In this document: piece after piece, positions 51,301-64,000 of the stretch
Layout of the letters: each line of letters starts with the position of its first letter
Numbering within the stretch: position 1 is the first letter of the stretch
Source: Heptranchias perlo
Lineage: Eukaryota
Direction: 5' to 3'
Assembly: GCF_035084215.1 (NCBI RefSeq)
Contig: NC_090346.1
Span: 15,376,001-15,440,000 of the forward strand
DNA: 64,000 bases
Made by a program: the position numbers and the translations under genes
Notes under the pieces: model-generated
Databases searched by the model: none
Told to the model about the DNA's origin: nothing
What the model saw: the letters and a program-made list of their open reading frames with translations, nothing else

Positions 51301-53384
51301 ACAATGATCCCTATCTAGAATAAAAATAGTTTCATGTGCCTCACCTGTGGTCCATGCATTGTGGAACTGTGAATAATGGTGATAAAGCTGTCATATAACA
51401 TGAGGTGTGGGTTTTCTGTCATTCCAAATATCACTCTTATCTTATGCAGTGAAGTTTTTAATTTAAAAGAACACAGTGGCTACATTAAGTTTACACAACT
51501 CAGCAGAAGTAGATAAACTGGCACTGTTGCCTGGTCCAAGGTTCCATTTTGTCCCCAGTTTCTGCATGGAGCATAGCATTGGTTGTAGCACATGCCAAAG
51601 CTTATACTAAAACCAGAATCCTGCACTTATTGAAAACGCCACAGTTCCTCACACTCATCAATCATAATAACTTATTTATGATTTTGTTTTATGTTTCCCC
51701 TGTATCCATACTGCCCTCCTCCATTGGGGCAATGAATGGATAAGCCCAGAGAAATTACTATGGTCAAAGGCAAAGCTGCTCCTTAGTTGACTATGTAAAA
51801 TCTATTTTCTTAAGTCTAATCAGTTTTATTGAAGCTAGCGGATCTCCCATGGCAATGTTCACACTGATTCAGAGGATACACTTTTATAATAATATGGGAT
51901 GTTTCTGCCATGTGAGGGATGGCATCAGGATCATTGCCTTACAGTGACTAAATAGGTTAAATTCCATTTTTATTAAATGGTATTCTTGGATTTTTAATTG
52001 TGCTTTGGGGTTTGCCCATGACTTACCATTACTCTTTGAAAACCATAAATGAGTAGCCTTTATTTTGAATTGTATATATTTTTGATGCTGAGAATAAACA
52101 AGATGGTATGCAAGATATACCAGTTGAAGTTAGATGTCTGAGGCTCAAAAATATATGAGTTCTGCCAATATCACACCCTCCAGGGTTGACCTCTTCAGAG
52201 TAGGCAGGGTCAATGGAAGGGCATCTTACACTCGGATTTCCGCAGATCTTCTGCCGTAGTTATGGTGGATGATTGGGGGAACCACTGTGGAAATTGAACC
52301 CCAGGATAAATCTAACCAAGTCAATTACCGTCCTAGGAGTCATCAATTGTTCCATCAAGCAACACCTTTATAAATATGGGCTCTATGTTAGCCTATTTCT
52401 AATCTGCTGATACCTTCCCAGTGTCTAGTGATTCCCTCTTAATGATTGTTAATATCTCACAAATATCCTCCTTAATCTGTCTTAATATTTTGGGATAAAT
52501 GCCACCTGCCCTTTGAGATTTTGGGGTAGACTACTGGAAGACTGCCTGTGTGTGTAGAACAAAAGGCAACATCTTTAGGAGAGAAAAAGAGAGTTGGAGA
52601 GGAAATGTCAGCAATATCATTTTTGACAAAGGCATTGGTGAATTCAAGGAGTATCAGGTTGTGCTGCAGAAAGAATTCAATCAGGAGGTAGCAGAGAAAA
52701 AAATATATTGTTTGTAACTTGCTAAGCTGCTGCTGGAAGGTTTCCCCTAAGATTAGACAATGTAAGTTAATCCTTATCAGCATCACATTATATTGGACCG
52801 TAACACTTTAGCCAAGAAAAGTGCTGACTGAAAAACAAGCTGTTTGTAGAATTTTAATTGTATATAACAAACACTCTTAAAAATCTCTAGTGAAATCCTT
52901 TCTTTGTGAAAGTAAGAACATTGATAGTCCAGATTTTGGGTTATTTGCATTAGATAAATATTATTCTCCATCATGTCATCTTTCCTTCAGTGTGTTGATA
53001 ACTGGGATATGTAAAATCATTTAAACTTTATTGTGTGCAATGGAGCAAATAGACAGAATTTATACCATTGGAAAGAAAATATGATAGAAACACCATAAAT
53101 GTGATATGAAAATAGGGAGGGGGAGGGATGGGTAGAAATGAAAACACATTTTGAAAAATAGTTTTGCAATTGATTTTACATGTGATCGACTGAAATCAAT
53201 AAACACACAGGATAACTGAGGCTTTAATAACTGTGTCGTGCTCTGACTATATTCCGCTTTTAAGTGTCGCTGTTACTTTGGGGGAATGCTTATTGCAAGG
53301 AGAGATTAATTTCGAAGGGGCATAGTTTATTACTGGCACGAAACTCGAATAGCCGATTGCTCGATCTGAACAGTTCTTTTCACA

Positions 53385-53668
53385 ATGTCGGAGGACGAAC
53401 AGGTCTCGACCAAAGTGGGTTTCAGCAGCATGTCAGTGAAGGAAGGGGCGGACGACCCAGATATACGACCCTCTGAAATGCTTTCTAAATGCACGCTGTA
53501 CGAGCGGTACGTCCAGCCTTGCGTGGCCGAGCTGCTGGGGTCAGCTCTCTTTATCTTCATCGGCTGTTTATCGGTGGTAGAAAACGTAGAGGGAACGGGA
53601 CGACTCCAACCCGCCTTGGCGCACGGTTTGGCGCTGGGGCTCATCATTGCCATCCTCGGGAATATTAG
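53385..53668 (+). CDS. AQP8: Aquaporin-8, coding exon 1
   Basis: [29 protein letters not shown]...[16 protein letters not shown](S), diagnostic of AQP8 TM1-TM2; donor AG|GTGAGT; the start ATG is likely but not certain. Confidence 0.93.
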
Positions 53669-54659
53669 GTGAGTTTATAGTTTTGATTACTAATCCACCC
53701 CCACCACCACCAAAGGAAATAGTGCATGTACTGATTCGAATTCAATAATATTTGGTTAAGAAATCGGGCACATAAACGATTCATTTATATAGAAATAGTA
53801 TTTTCAATCTTAAAACAATTTACATTTATACAGCGATTTTAATATAGGAAAACAGTTTAAAGATTAACGAAACACATTATTGCAAAACTGTGTTAAAATT
53901 CAATTTGCTTCCTGCGATAGGACTGAATTCAAATGTCGGTACGTGTTGCACCGAAAGGAAATTAAGGGGCGCATCAACCCCCCCACCCACCACCACACAC
54001 ACACAATGGCCATTTACTTCTTCGGTTTCATGCATTGTAGAGGTTTCGGATGTGATTTTATAAATGTTATCATCTTTGGTCAGACAATCATAGTGGCACC
54101 GCACATTTCCCATTATTATTTTTCATTAAGTTACTGGTTTAGTCTTCCATTTGCAATCCGTTAATTATTGCTGCGCTTAGTTCGTAAACTTCCGAATAAG
54201 TAGCAGGATCTTGTTGAGGTTTTTTTTGGATGCTACCCAATGTGTGTATTTTTTTGTGGTGGAAGTTTCTCTTATTTTACAGATCGGCACAGGTAAAGGG
54301 GACAGACAGTTCCTGTGGCAAAGGATCATTCAATCAGGGAAAACTACCTAGTATTGGTGAACAAGTGAAGTCCTAACTATTACAAGGCGCTGCTTATGCT
54401 CCCTAGGATCCCTCTCCCAAATATTCAAATAAACTTAATTTTAACATAATGGAGTAAGAGTTCATCTGCCTGTAGCGGTATAATTGTGTTGACGATATTC
54501 CTCTGTTTCGTATTTCTAGTGAAATTACAAACATGTTCCTAAAGTAGGTGTTATGAATTTTTCCAAAAATACCCAACAAAAGAATGCTACACAAACCATT
54601 TTGTTGCTACACATACTGACCAGAGCAATTCTTATTCCAATGGCAAAATGATATAATTA

Positions 54660-56310
54660 ATATTTTTAGAAAGTTTTGACAAAGTTCCATATGAAGGACT
54701 TCTAATTAAACTCAAAGCCACATGAATACAGGGAAGAACATGGATTGGCTAAGAAAAAAATAGGAAACAAAGAGTGTTGTGAGAGGAGGACATGTTGAGC
54801 AGACTGTGCAAGGATCATTGCTTTGATAGTAATCCTGCCCATCCTTGTGGTTGATAATCTACAAAGTGACTTGAAAATAATTGTAAGCTTTTCAAATTTA
54901 CTGAAGAAACTAAAATGAGAGCAGTAGAAACAAAGGATACAGCTAAAGGTTTGCAGAAGGATTTAGATCAGTTATGGAAATGGGCAGCCATATAGAATCA
55001 TAGAATGGTTATAGCACAGAAGGAGGCCATTCAGCCCATCGAGCAATCCAGTTAGGCCCATTCCCCCAATGTATCCCCGTAGCCCTGCAAATTTTTTCCC
55101 TTCAAGTATTTATCCAATTCCTTTTTGAAAGCCATTATTGAATCTGCTTCCACCACACCTTCAGGCAGTGCATCCCAGATCATAACCACTCGCTGTGTAA
55201 AAAAGTTTTTCCTTGTGTCGTCTTTGGTTCTTTTGCCAAATCATCTTAAATCTGTGTTCTCTGGTTCTCGACCCTTCCAATGGGGACACTTTCTCTTTAT
55301 TTACTTTATCTAAACCCTTCATGATTTTGAATACTTCTAACAAATCTCCTCTTAACCTTCTCTGCTCTAAGAAGAACAACCCCAGCTTCTCCAGTCTATC
55401 CACGTAACCGAAGTCCCTCATCCCTGGAACCATTCTAGTAAATCTTTTCTGCACCCACTCTAAGGCCTTCACATCCTTCCTAAAGTGCGGTGTCCAGAAT
55501 TGGACACAATACTCCAGCTGTGGCTGAACCAGTATTTTATAAAGATTCAACATAACTTCCTTTCTTTTGTACTCTATGCCTCTATTTATAAAGCCCAGGA
55601 TCCTGTCTGCTTTTTTAACAGCTTTCTCAACCTGTCCTGCCACCTTCAAACATTTGTGCACATATACCCCGGGTCTCTCTGTTCCTACACGCCCTTTAGA
55701 ATTGTACCATTTAGTTTATATTGCCTATCCTAATTCTTCCTGCCAAAATGTGTCACTTCGCACTTCTCTGCGTTAAATTTCATCTGCCATGTGTCCGCCC
55801 ATTCCACCAGCCTGTCCATGGCCTCTTGAAGTCTATTACTATCTTCCTCTCTGTTTACTACACTTCTAAATTTTGTGTCATCTACAAATTTTGAAATTGT
55901 GCCCTGTACACCCAAGTCCAAGTCATTAATATATATCAAAAAAAGCAGTGGTCCTAGTGCCGACCCCTGGGGAACACCATTATATACCTTCCACCAGTCT
56001 GAAAAACAACCGTTCACCACTATTCTCTGTTTTCTGTCACTTAGCCAACTTCGTATCCATGCTGCCACTGCCCCTTGTATATGGCAGATAAAATTTAACA
56101 GTGATAAAAGTGAAGTATTATACATTAGTTGAAAAAGTATAAGGCATAATTATGCAACAAATAGAATGTATGAAGAAATCTGCCAGTGGTAGATGGAAAA
56201 ACATTAGGGCTGTTCAAAATACTGTTATATACCACGATGGGAGAGTTACAGTACTAGAGGGATGAGCTTCAACAGGCCAGTCTTTTCTCAACGCTGACTT
56301 TTCTTATGTT
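54660..56310 (+). mobile_element. Old CR1 fragment interrupted by a younger antisense CR1
   Basis: KVFDKVP...LQKDLDQLWKWAA| resumes as |IWQIKFNSDKSEVL after 56077. Confidence 0.65.
54993..56076 (-). mobile_element. CR1 LINE RT and 3' end
   Basis: Minus ORFs 55730-56125 (GVPQGSALGP, KFVDDTK) and 55161-55661; (tagaatca)n tail. Confidence 0.93.
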
Positions 56311-56589
56311 CTTGTGTTTTAATTAACCCAGACCAAGTATACTGCAGAGCACAATCGCATCATGCCACAGGTGAAAGCACTCTTACAACCACTGCTTCTG
56401 TACCAGGCACCAGCACAGCAACAAAAGCCCCTGCACCTCCACAACTATGCATTTAGAGTTTTAATTAGGTTAGGAAGTTAAATGGAAGATAACTGGAGTT
56501 ATTATTTGGGTATCATGTACAGGCATCTCATTGGTTTTGTAATTTTTCAAATGATTAGATTGACAATGACATCTTCCCATTTTTTTCAG

Positions 56590-56716
56590 TGGTGGACATT
56601 TTAATCCAGCAGTATCCTTAGGAGCATATTTAATTGGTGGACTTAATATTATTCTACTTATCCCCTATTGGACTGCACAGCTATGTGGTGGAATGATTGG
56701 AGCAGCACTCACAAAG
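56590..56716 (+). CDS. AQP8: AQP8 coding exon 2 (first NPA)
   Basis: (S)[42 protein letters not shown]; 127 nt; AG/GT. Confidence 0.97.
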
Positions 56717-57119
56717 GTTGGTTAAGTGAAGTGCAATTTCTACAGTAAGACAATTAGAAGAATTACAAGATAAAGTAACACCTACTCAATTAGAAAACCA
56801 CCCTTGTAGTTATAATCCAGCTAACAGACAATACCTATTAAACAAGATAAACCACTGATTCAAGTTCTAACTAATTTTGAAGAATACCTTAACGAGAATT
56901 ATAATCCAGAGCAATGGGCGGGGAAGAGACAAGAGCTTTTGTTCAATTTAGGAGAAATGGAGTCTTAAAAATATTACAAATGGGATGAATAATATGAAAC
57001 TTTTCTAATCATAGGGACTAAAGCTTTTGTTACAGTGAGTGGCCTAGATAGTTACGAGAAAGGGGTGGACAGTTTAGATAATGCTAGAGCAATGCACAAA
57101 CAGTTTACAAATGTTCAAG

Positions 57120-57575
57120 ATGACACTTTTCTTTCCCTCCGCTCAGTTCACGCTGGCACTCATTCCCCATAGTTCACGAAGACACGTTCCATGTCCTCCC
57201 TCAATTCATGCTGGTACTTTTCACACCCATTCTCCTCAGTCCTCCCCAACTTCGTGCTAGCACAACTGGCACCTTCCATCCCTGTCCCCTTAATTCATGC
57301 TGTCACCTTTCACCGACCCCACCAGTTCAGGCTGGCATCTCAAACCCCTCTCCCCTTTCCATTCATATTGTCACCTTTCACTCGCCTCCACCCCTCAGTT
57401 CAAGCTGGCACTTTCTGCTCCCCAACCCTCCTTCACTGTACACTGGTATCTTTCAACCCACTCCTCTCAGTTCATTCTGGCCCTATACACCCCTCCCCCT
57501 CAGTTCATTTTGTTACCTTTCATTCCCCTCCCACACTCTGTTTCCACAGTCACTCTCTTCCCCTCCCAGATCCAC
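57120..57575. repeat. Degenerate pyrimidine-rich tandem repeat, unit about 30 bp (cccctcagttcatgctggcactttca)
   Basis: More than ten diverged units; explains the overlapping low-complexity ORFs at 57191-57733. Confidence 0.7.
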
Positions 57576-58618
57576 TCCTGGCTCCTACCTGCTGGTGTTC
57601 GGAGGGATTGAAGGGTAGAATTTTTCACAATAGTTTAAATTATAAGAAGTCCCGCCCACAGCAGTGTGGAGCAGCAGGAGGTCAAAGAGGAAAGCGGGGA
57701 GCGTTGCCCACTTATGCTGCCTCAGGAAATTAAAAAAACATTTACAAATACATACAATCCCAATGCCTGGATGTTTCCCCGTTCTACAGGACCAGAGAGA
57801 AACATTTTCACCCATCAAACTGATCTCAAAAGTCACAGACTTTATAACCACTTTATCTCTCATAACTTTCAATAGCCTTTTAATTAATGCTGAGAGAAAG
57901 AATAGGTAATGAAAGGGCAGACTTCCTGGAGGGTACAGGTACATAGTTTGGGTACAAGAAGTATTTCAAATCATTAGCACAAAAGGAAGATGGAATTCAA
58001 GGGGTTCTTCAGCCATCCATGTGACTGGGATAAATACTGAACATAAATTTTAGATAGAAATACATTAAATATTCATAAGAATTTATAACAATATGAAACA
58101 GGAAAGTGCTATTGGGATTATGTTGCCTGTTGTAATATCATTCATGCATTTTAGCCTATCTTTTGATAAGTTTATTCACCTATGTTAATAACATCTTGTT
58201 ACAACACCTCTGATGTTTTTCACAGGAAGCAAATTACCAGCAGGGGTGGTGGACCAGAAAACCAAAGCAAGGTTTAAAAAATAATGGATGAATTCCTGTT
58301 AGGGACGGGGATACAGGGCTATTAGAATCAGGTAAGGAAGCAGATGGGAGGTTTGGAAGGGTAGGCTATATGAACCAATGGTCTTCTCCTCTTTGCCCAA
58401 AACATTTCCAATCCAATGAAAAGGGGAGTACTTGGAATATTTAAATGTCACAGCGTTTTCACTCATTTACGGTTGTGTAACTATCAACTATTACAAGGCT
58501 CAAAAAATGTTTAGAACAGGACTAACTCCACACAAAGTACTTTTAACAAGACACAAAAAGCTTAACTGTATCATAACCATTGAAGAAGATTGTTAAAAAT
58601 AAGTTTTTTGTTTTTAAG

Positions 58619-58833
58619 GTTGTTACACAAGATGGAAACTTTTTCAATGCAACTGGAGCAGCATTCACTACTATTCAAAAAGATGAACATGTTGTAAGAG
58701 CTATTATCTGTGAGATAATCACAACAACCTTCCTTGTACTAACAGTCTGCATGGGCGCTATTAATCAGAAAAGCACAACTCCTTTGGCACCATTCTGCAT
58801 TGGGTTCACTGTTACAATAAATATCTTGGCTAG
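58619..58833 (+). CDS. AQP8: AQP8 coding exon 3
   Basis: VVTQDGNFFNATGAAF...CEIITTTFLVLTVCMGAINQKSTTPLAPFCIGFTVTINILA(S); 215 nt; loop C sequon NAT. Confidence 0.97.
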
Positions 58834-59576
58834 GTAAGCATGCCCATGTGCTCATATATACCTGTCCCTCTATCTGTATCTATCTACATTTATCTATCTA
58901 TATCTATATATTAAAATTCTTGCTGGAGTAACACAGTTCATTGAAAACTGCTTTGTAAAAATTTCCCATGTGAATTCCCATATTAAAATGTTCATACTTG
59001 CCCATTACATTTCCCTGTAATGCCAGGAAGTGTGCTTTAATTGAATTTCCAATATTAATCTTATGTCTCGCCTGTCATGGCTCCCTGTAACACCACTATG
59101 AGCTGCTGTATTATTCTTTTCTCCACAAATCACTCAAAATGCTAGGGAAAGAGAAACAGCAGGCAACACAAAGGCAAGTCAGAAAGGTCATATTCTCCAA
59201 CTTACCATGTGCAACACAACAGATGATCCACTAGTGATACATTAACATTTTTGTGCGTACTTCACACTTCCTGTAACACTTTTCTCATCACACATATCCG
59301 TCACACTTTGTTAATTAGCTTAAAGTAAAATAGCAGCAAATCAGAACTGAAGAGATAGGGTATGAATAAATCAGAAGCAAGGAAATCAGCTAAAGATTTC
59401 TCAAACTACCCTAAGCCTCTTTCCAACCATCATGTCCCCCCCCCAACCCCATTACCACGTTACACGTCAGTCCTCCCCCAATCAGTACGTGGCCTCCTCT
59501 CCCTCAAGAATTCCAGACCTTGCCCCTCCCAATGCTCATGTGCCCCTGTCACCAGTTCCCCTGGACCCCAGAATCT

Positions 59577-59833
59577 CCCTCCCACGACGTTTCTCCTGTT
59601 CCCAGCCCATTCTCCCAGTATTCTCTGATCACAGGTCTGCCCCCATTGCTTCTAGACCCCAAGATCTTCTTCCAGTCATCCCAGATCCCAGGACCTGCCT
59701 ACTGCACCAAAGCACCGCTCCATCTGAGATAGCAACCCCATACCTCACCTCCCCAAGACTTTCCTCCAGTTCCCAGACCCTTGTCTCAGTGTTCTCTGAT
59801 CACGGGACTAACTCCATTATTTCTAGACCCCAG
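59577..59833. repeat. Local duplication of about 85 bp with about 170-bp spacing
   Basis: gttcccag...ttctctgatcac...ttctagacccca at 59577-59663 and 59748-59833. Confidence 0.6.
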
Positions 59834-61781
59834 GAAAGTATCCATAAGTTACTACAAGCAACACCACAGGAGATCCACTAAAATAGGTTAAAACTCTTGC
59901 ATACAGTGCACCTTTCCTCTAAGTGTTACACTTACTTCCTTTAACACTTTCCTTGTCACAGTTTCCGCAAGGCATTGTTGGCAACATCTCTATTGTTATA
60001 AGACAACATATCCTCCAACTCACCATGAGCAATGCCATGGGAGATCTGCAAATACTATATTAAAGTTTTGCATATGCATGCACTTCCTCTCAAGTAACAC
60101 TTAATTGCTTCCACCTATTTCCATCACTCCCATCTCTCATACTTTTCTGTCATGATTAAATTTACTTATTCATTTTATTTAATTCTCTAAGCTTGGCCAC
60201 CAAGGTAGGTAGTGTTGTTGCTTATTTATTTCTGAGCCTCCAAAGCTGCATTTCCAAGATGGTTGGCACTGTAAAATTGCAAATTATTCAAAAATGTTGA
60301 AGTGTTACCTGTTCAAAAGTCACGTCTGCCCCTCCTACCAAAAGGTGATACTTCCAAATGACAAACATTTTCAGAGATCAGAATACCAGCAGCATTTATT
60401 AAGGAATTGATAATGCATTCTTGTGCATTATTCACTTTGGAATGACCTAACAAACCACCCAACACACTATCCTTACTAAATTTAAGCCTGAATTTTAAAT
60501 GTTTAATTGCCAGCTGAAGGCCAAAGTCATGATATCACAATTTATAAATTCTGGTCAGATCAGTTTGATAAAGGTTATTACAAAAAATCAGATGTGGCAA
60601 TTGGATTTTAAAAAACTGTCTGATTTAATAGTTAATGAATCCTTCATTAAATGCTGGGAGCCATAATTAATACTATTATTTCCTGGGGGCTGGCTGAGTT
60701 TTTCGGCTGCGAAATAAGCGCTGTGGCCACCTCTCCCTCTCCTAAACCCTCAAATTGCCAATTTGTGCTCCTGAGGTAATTTAGAGCCAATGAAAAATTT
60801 TGAGCCGACACATATAGGGTGCTTCTGCCCCTTTTGAAATTGACCCTGCCCATTTCAACACCATGACAGTTCCCTCCCCTGTAGGGCGGACTCCTACTGA
60901 AGAGTAGAGATACTGCTAAGACTCTGTTCTGCATTCTTAATTGACCTCGATGCAGGAAAATAGTGGTCGACCCACTTCTGGTGGTGATTCCCCCAGGTTT
61001 CAGCCAATTACAGCCCAGAACACCAGATTAAAGCACAGGGGTCACTGGTGTGTATATAAAAAAATAAATTACAGAATAGACTGCCAGTGTGAAAACATTA
61101 ACGTGTTAATATTAAAATGACTCTGGGAATTTTGAAATAGCAATAATGTAATTCCTTATCTCCGATCCACCTATCAGAGGAAAATATATATTGCATCTAC
61201 TCTGCAGGTTTAAAAACTAATGCCATTTCCAAATGTGTACTGCTTTCCTTTTCTTCATTGAGCTGTTTCACTGGATAACATCAGCAGCTGAATAGATAAT
61301 GGGCAAATTATAAGGTTTAATTCATGAGTTCGCCAGGGAACCACCCATTGAGAGTGATGGAAAAAAAACGAAAACTCTCAATTTTAAAGATTTTAGTCAT
61401 TTTAATTACTGGTCAGAAGTTAGAAATTTTGCAATTAGTAATTTCAGATGGGGAATTACTCTGAATATGAATCATTCATTAGTAATATTTTACAAATATG
61501 TTAAGTTGCAGTAACCAATAAATGTAAATGGTGCATTCTATCAAACTAATCTTTGGATGTAGTGCATTTGTGCTAATATAAAATTGAGACCAGGATTACT
61601 CTTACAATGATTGAAGATAAGATATGTAACACAGCAAATAATTTGACCCTTATTGTTTGTCATTTTCAGCAATGGTTTGTCTACTAATATGAAACTGAGA
61701 CCTAGGTTACTGTTACAGCGATTGAGAATAAGAAATGTGCAACAGGAAAATAATATGGCCCTTATTGTTTGTCATTTTCAG

Positions 61782-61916
61782 TGGTGGTTTGTCTGGGGCA
61801 TGTATGAATCCAGCCCGAGCTTTTGGACCAGCAGTAGTGGCCAACTACTGGGAGTATCATTGGGTCTACTGGGTGGGACCAATGATTGGAGCAGTGATAG
61901 CAGGAATTTTAATCAG
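61782..61916 (+). CDS. AQP8: AQP8 coding exon 4 (second NPA)
   Basis: (S)GGLSGACMNPARAFGPAVVANYWEYHWVYWVGPMIGAVIAGILI(R); 135 nt. Confidence 0.97.
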
Positions 61917-62400
61917 GTATCACAATTTATTAAGTCCATCTTACTTAACACGAGAAGAGAATAAGGCAGTATCACCAATAACTTATGTACTGCGTGCAAA
62001 CATACACACAAAGGAAAAAAAGAATGCTTTCTGTTGGCTAATATTTGAACAAGAATGGGATAGGATGTTTGGGGAGGGCAGATATATCCCACACTGGTAA
62101 ATTTCCAATTAGCAGAATCTCTGGCTACCCTTCCAACTACAATATTGCAACCTATTCAAGTTACTCTGCACACAAAGTGCTAAGTCCACAATTCAAAATG
62201 AGTTCAATTGTAGGGGCCATCAGAGCAAAGATTATGTCACAAAATTTGACTATCTTTTGAAATTATTTGCAAAAATTATTCTTTAACTTATTTTCACCCT
62301 TTAGTTTTCCTCAAACGATGCTCTATTTCCCAATTAAGAAGGCGGCCTCTGTCACTCTTAAGTAAGCACTAGGAGCAGCAATAGTGTAGTCACTTTGGTT

Positions 62401-62766
62401 GCAGTGTGTACCTTCTACAGATGCACTGCAGCAACTCCCCAAGGCTTCTTCGACAGCACCTCCCAAACCCGCGACCTCTAACACCTAGAAGGACAAGGCC
62501 AGCAGGCGCATGGGAACACCACCACCTGCACGTTCCCCTACAAGTCACACACCATCCTGACTTGGAAATATATCACCATTGCTTCATCGTTGCTGGGTCA
62601 AACTCCTGGAACTCCCTACCTAACAGCACCGTGGGAGTATTTTCACCACATAGACTGCAGCGGTTCAAGAAGGCAGCTCACCATCACCTTCTCAAGGATA
62701 GTTAGGGATGGGCAATAAATGCTGGCCTTGCCAGTGATGCCCACATTCAATGAATTAATAAAAAAA
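62401..62766 (+). mobile_element. CR1/L2-group LINE 3' end (same family as 18158-18761)
   Basis: MHCSNSPRLLRQHLPNPRP...RFKKAAHHHLLK; gggatgggcaataaatg tail and A-run. Confidence 0.88.
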
Positions 62767-63908
62767 TGCCAGCATGACTTGATTACCAAAGTTCCTCCCT
62801 GCACTTTGAAAGAAGCGATACTCTTCCACTTGGTCTTTCTCACTGACAATAAAAGTGACAGCGGAAATGTGGACAATCTTGAGCACAAATACATGTCCTA
62901 CCATTCCACATTACAAAACATTAGAACACAGTATGTTGATACTGTGGCACTACTGAGCCCTGGTGCAAAAACCTTTAAATTGTGACTCTCCCAAGTAAAG
63001 GTCAGATGATTGGAATACTGATTCTTCAAAGCACCTCTTAAAAAGCATCTATAAAGTTATCCACATGATGCTTTTAAAGAAAACGACGGCTCATGGAATT
63101 AATGGCAAATTAGCTACCTGGTTTGACCATAGAAAGCAGAAGGTAACGATAAAAACAAACGGTTCAGTTTGATGACGAAGTGGAGAAGGTCAGTTCTGAG
63201 TCCCCTGTTTAGGCTATTCATAAATGATATAATATTAAATGATATTATAACTTTAGCATTGTAAAAGTTGCTAATTTGTGCACCTTACATTCAAAGAGAT
63301 GTGGATTAGAGAATTAGCCTCTAAGACTCAGTTTTTGAGATGCAGAATGTGCTGAACAACAGAATGCTTGAAATGGACTCCAACATGCAGGGTTTGTCAT
63401 CAACACATTGATTACATTAGCATCCTCAGTGACTCTTAGATGCAGTAACATAGGGGCTTAGTTCAATTAAACTTAATTTATGACTACAAATGTAATATTT
63501 TATGCTTTCTTCAAGACTTTCATGATCTGAAGATATCTGAAAAAAATTGTTTTTTATAATGTTATATTCACCCCAGCTCCTTGAAAATACAAATAGCCCA
63601 TTACGGTAAACATCCACAAGATTGATTATAAAAAGAATGGAAAGACAGGGGAATAAAAAGTTTCACATCTCAACAATGCCAGAATCCAACCTCTTAACTT
63701 CTAAAGATCAGAAGCTTTAAACACACATACATTGCATAAAGAAATATGTAACAGAATATTCAAATTATTTTTTTTAAACAGTACTGCATGAAACAGTTTG
63801 GACAACAGGGCAGCATAACTGATTGTTTTAACAGTGATAATATTAAAATGTAACAATAAAAGAATGAAAAAGCTAAACCAATACATCTATTTTTTTTTCT
63901 ATCTTTAG

Positions 63909-63951
63909 AATTCTGCTTGGAGATAGGAAAATCCGTCTATTTCTGAAATGA
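63909..63951 (+). CDS. AQP8: AQP8 final coding exon
   Basis: (R)ILLGDRKIRLFLK*, matching the AQP8 C-terminus (GD.K.RL.LK); strong polypyrimidine acceptor; completes an 804-nt CDS. Confidence 0.93.
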
Positions 63952-64000
63952 TCAACAAAGAGGGAACTTCAGAATCTAAATGAAAAGTGCTTGACAAGAT

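Noticed and set aside
57191-59881. Pro/Ser/His-rich ORFs of 100-180 aa in AQP8 introns
   Set aside because: They arise from pyrimidine-rich degenerate repeats that lack stop codons

Overview
Vertebrate nuclear DNA, most likely from a cartilaginous fish (shark/ray); this is inferred from the repeat landscape of CR1, L2, Tx1 and Penelope elements and tRNA-derived SINEs. Three genes lie in the order known from human 16p12. (1) ARHGAP17: only the first coding exon is present (minus strand, 11387-11439, GC splice donor); the rest lies left of the window. (2) LCMT1: complete, 11 coding exons (plus, 17559-43421), 329 aa after manual splicing. (3) AQP8: complete, 5 coding exons (plus, 53385-63951), 267 aa, both NPA motifs. 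Most ORFs in the supplied track are retroelement fragments or chance ORFs. Most notable oddities: a duplicated splice acceptor in AQP8 that could give an NMD-escaping one-NPA isoform; a Penelope remnant with a hammerhead-ribozyme motif beside the LCMT1 promoter; several long hairpins and nested inverted insertions in LCMT1 introns; a strictly 32-bp-periodic but highly diverged array; and an unclassified coding-like island in LCMT1 intron 3. I found no convincing evidence of a wholly new multi-gene system. All assignments come from reading the sequence; no database searches were run.
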